Assembly: GCF_902652985.1 (NCBI RefSeq)
Contig: NC_047018.1
Location: forward strand, 50,654,001-50,718,000
Direction of reading: 5' to 3'
Source of the DNA: Pecten maximus
Lineage: Eukaryota
Length of the DNA: 64,000 nucleotides
Shown here in pieces: positions 63,301 to 64,000 of the stretch. Under the pieces are notes generated by a model that saw nothing but the letters and a program-made list of their open reading frames with translations, had not been told where the DNA came from and ran no database searches. The translations under genes and the position numbers were made by a program. How positions within the stretch are numbered: position 1 is the first letter of the stretch; every line of letters starts with the position of its first letter.

Positions 63301-64000
63301 TCACCTTGACGCATACTTTATAAAAAAAGTCGAATTTGAGGAAATTAAGTCAATGAAGAGATGGGTGAAAATACAAATTTAAGAGACTTTAAATTTTTGT
63401 CAATTTTAGAATTCGAATTAAGATTTTAGTCAATTTTAGAATCCGAATTTCAACTAATAACGACTTTTTATTTTGCTTTATTAGTTAAAAACTAAAAATG
63501 TTTGGCAAAGTGGCACGATAGCAACACACACGGGTGGTCGGCTGGTACACTGATAACGTACAAGTACTTGGGTGGTCAGGTTACACACTCGCACTTCCAC
63601 CCGGGCTAACAAGATAGATTAATATTAATTATTGTTTTGCATTTTTGGTATGATAACCAGGGTATATATTTCATCTATTAGTTTTATGAATACAACATGT
63701 TTATTTGATCCTGATGACATGGAAAGCGAGGACACGTTAGAAATATCATTACGTTTACTTCCGGCGCTAACATTGCGTATGATATAGAGCTGTATTTGTG
63801 TGCTAAGCTACACGAATACTGGTAGGCAATCCACATTATACGTTCAAAATGAAAAACATGGTTCACATTACAATTAAAAAGTGTTAACAGAGAAACATTA
63901 ATAATAATAAAGATAAGTATGGCGACATTCCAGTGTTTGTTGAAATACCTGCTATGTTAATGTTTTCATAGAGGATAAACACTATGAAAATTCACATTCA

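Overview
AT-rich, intron-rich eukaryotic genomic DNA, most likely from a bivalve mollusc (inferred from gene family and repeat types). The window holds a head-to-tail, minus-strand tandem cluster of one receptor family. Its architecture is signal peptide, F-type (fucolectin-like) lectin domain, a variable run of 6-Cys EGF-like (MEGF10/SCARF-type) repeats, a TM helix, a Tyr-rich juxtamembrane region, an active PTP D1 and a pseudophosphatase D2. I reconstructed exons by hand from splice sites and reading frames. Gene B (14421-49259) is complete: 31 canonical exons, 3564 nt, about 1187 aa. Gene A (30-8583) is the 5' part of a paralog that runs off the left edge. Gene C (55042-61957) is internally deleted and disabled upstream, but all seven of its D2 exons are intact. 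A fourth orphan promoter/exon-1 relic lies at about 50.8-51.7 kb. Notable features: hypervariable lectin loops on a conserved phosphatase; symmetric phase-1 EGF exons being duplicated or lost through splice-site mutation; and a 41-bp tandem array made from the receptor's own last codons plus stop ([10 protein letters not shown]), with about 5 units at gene B and about 31-32 at gene C. Introns and spacers contain HINE/Helentron-like elements, long-palindrome DNA elements, SINE fragments and minisatellites. Most entries in the ORF track are chance ORFs or single exons.
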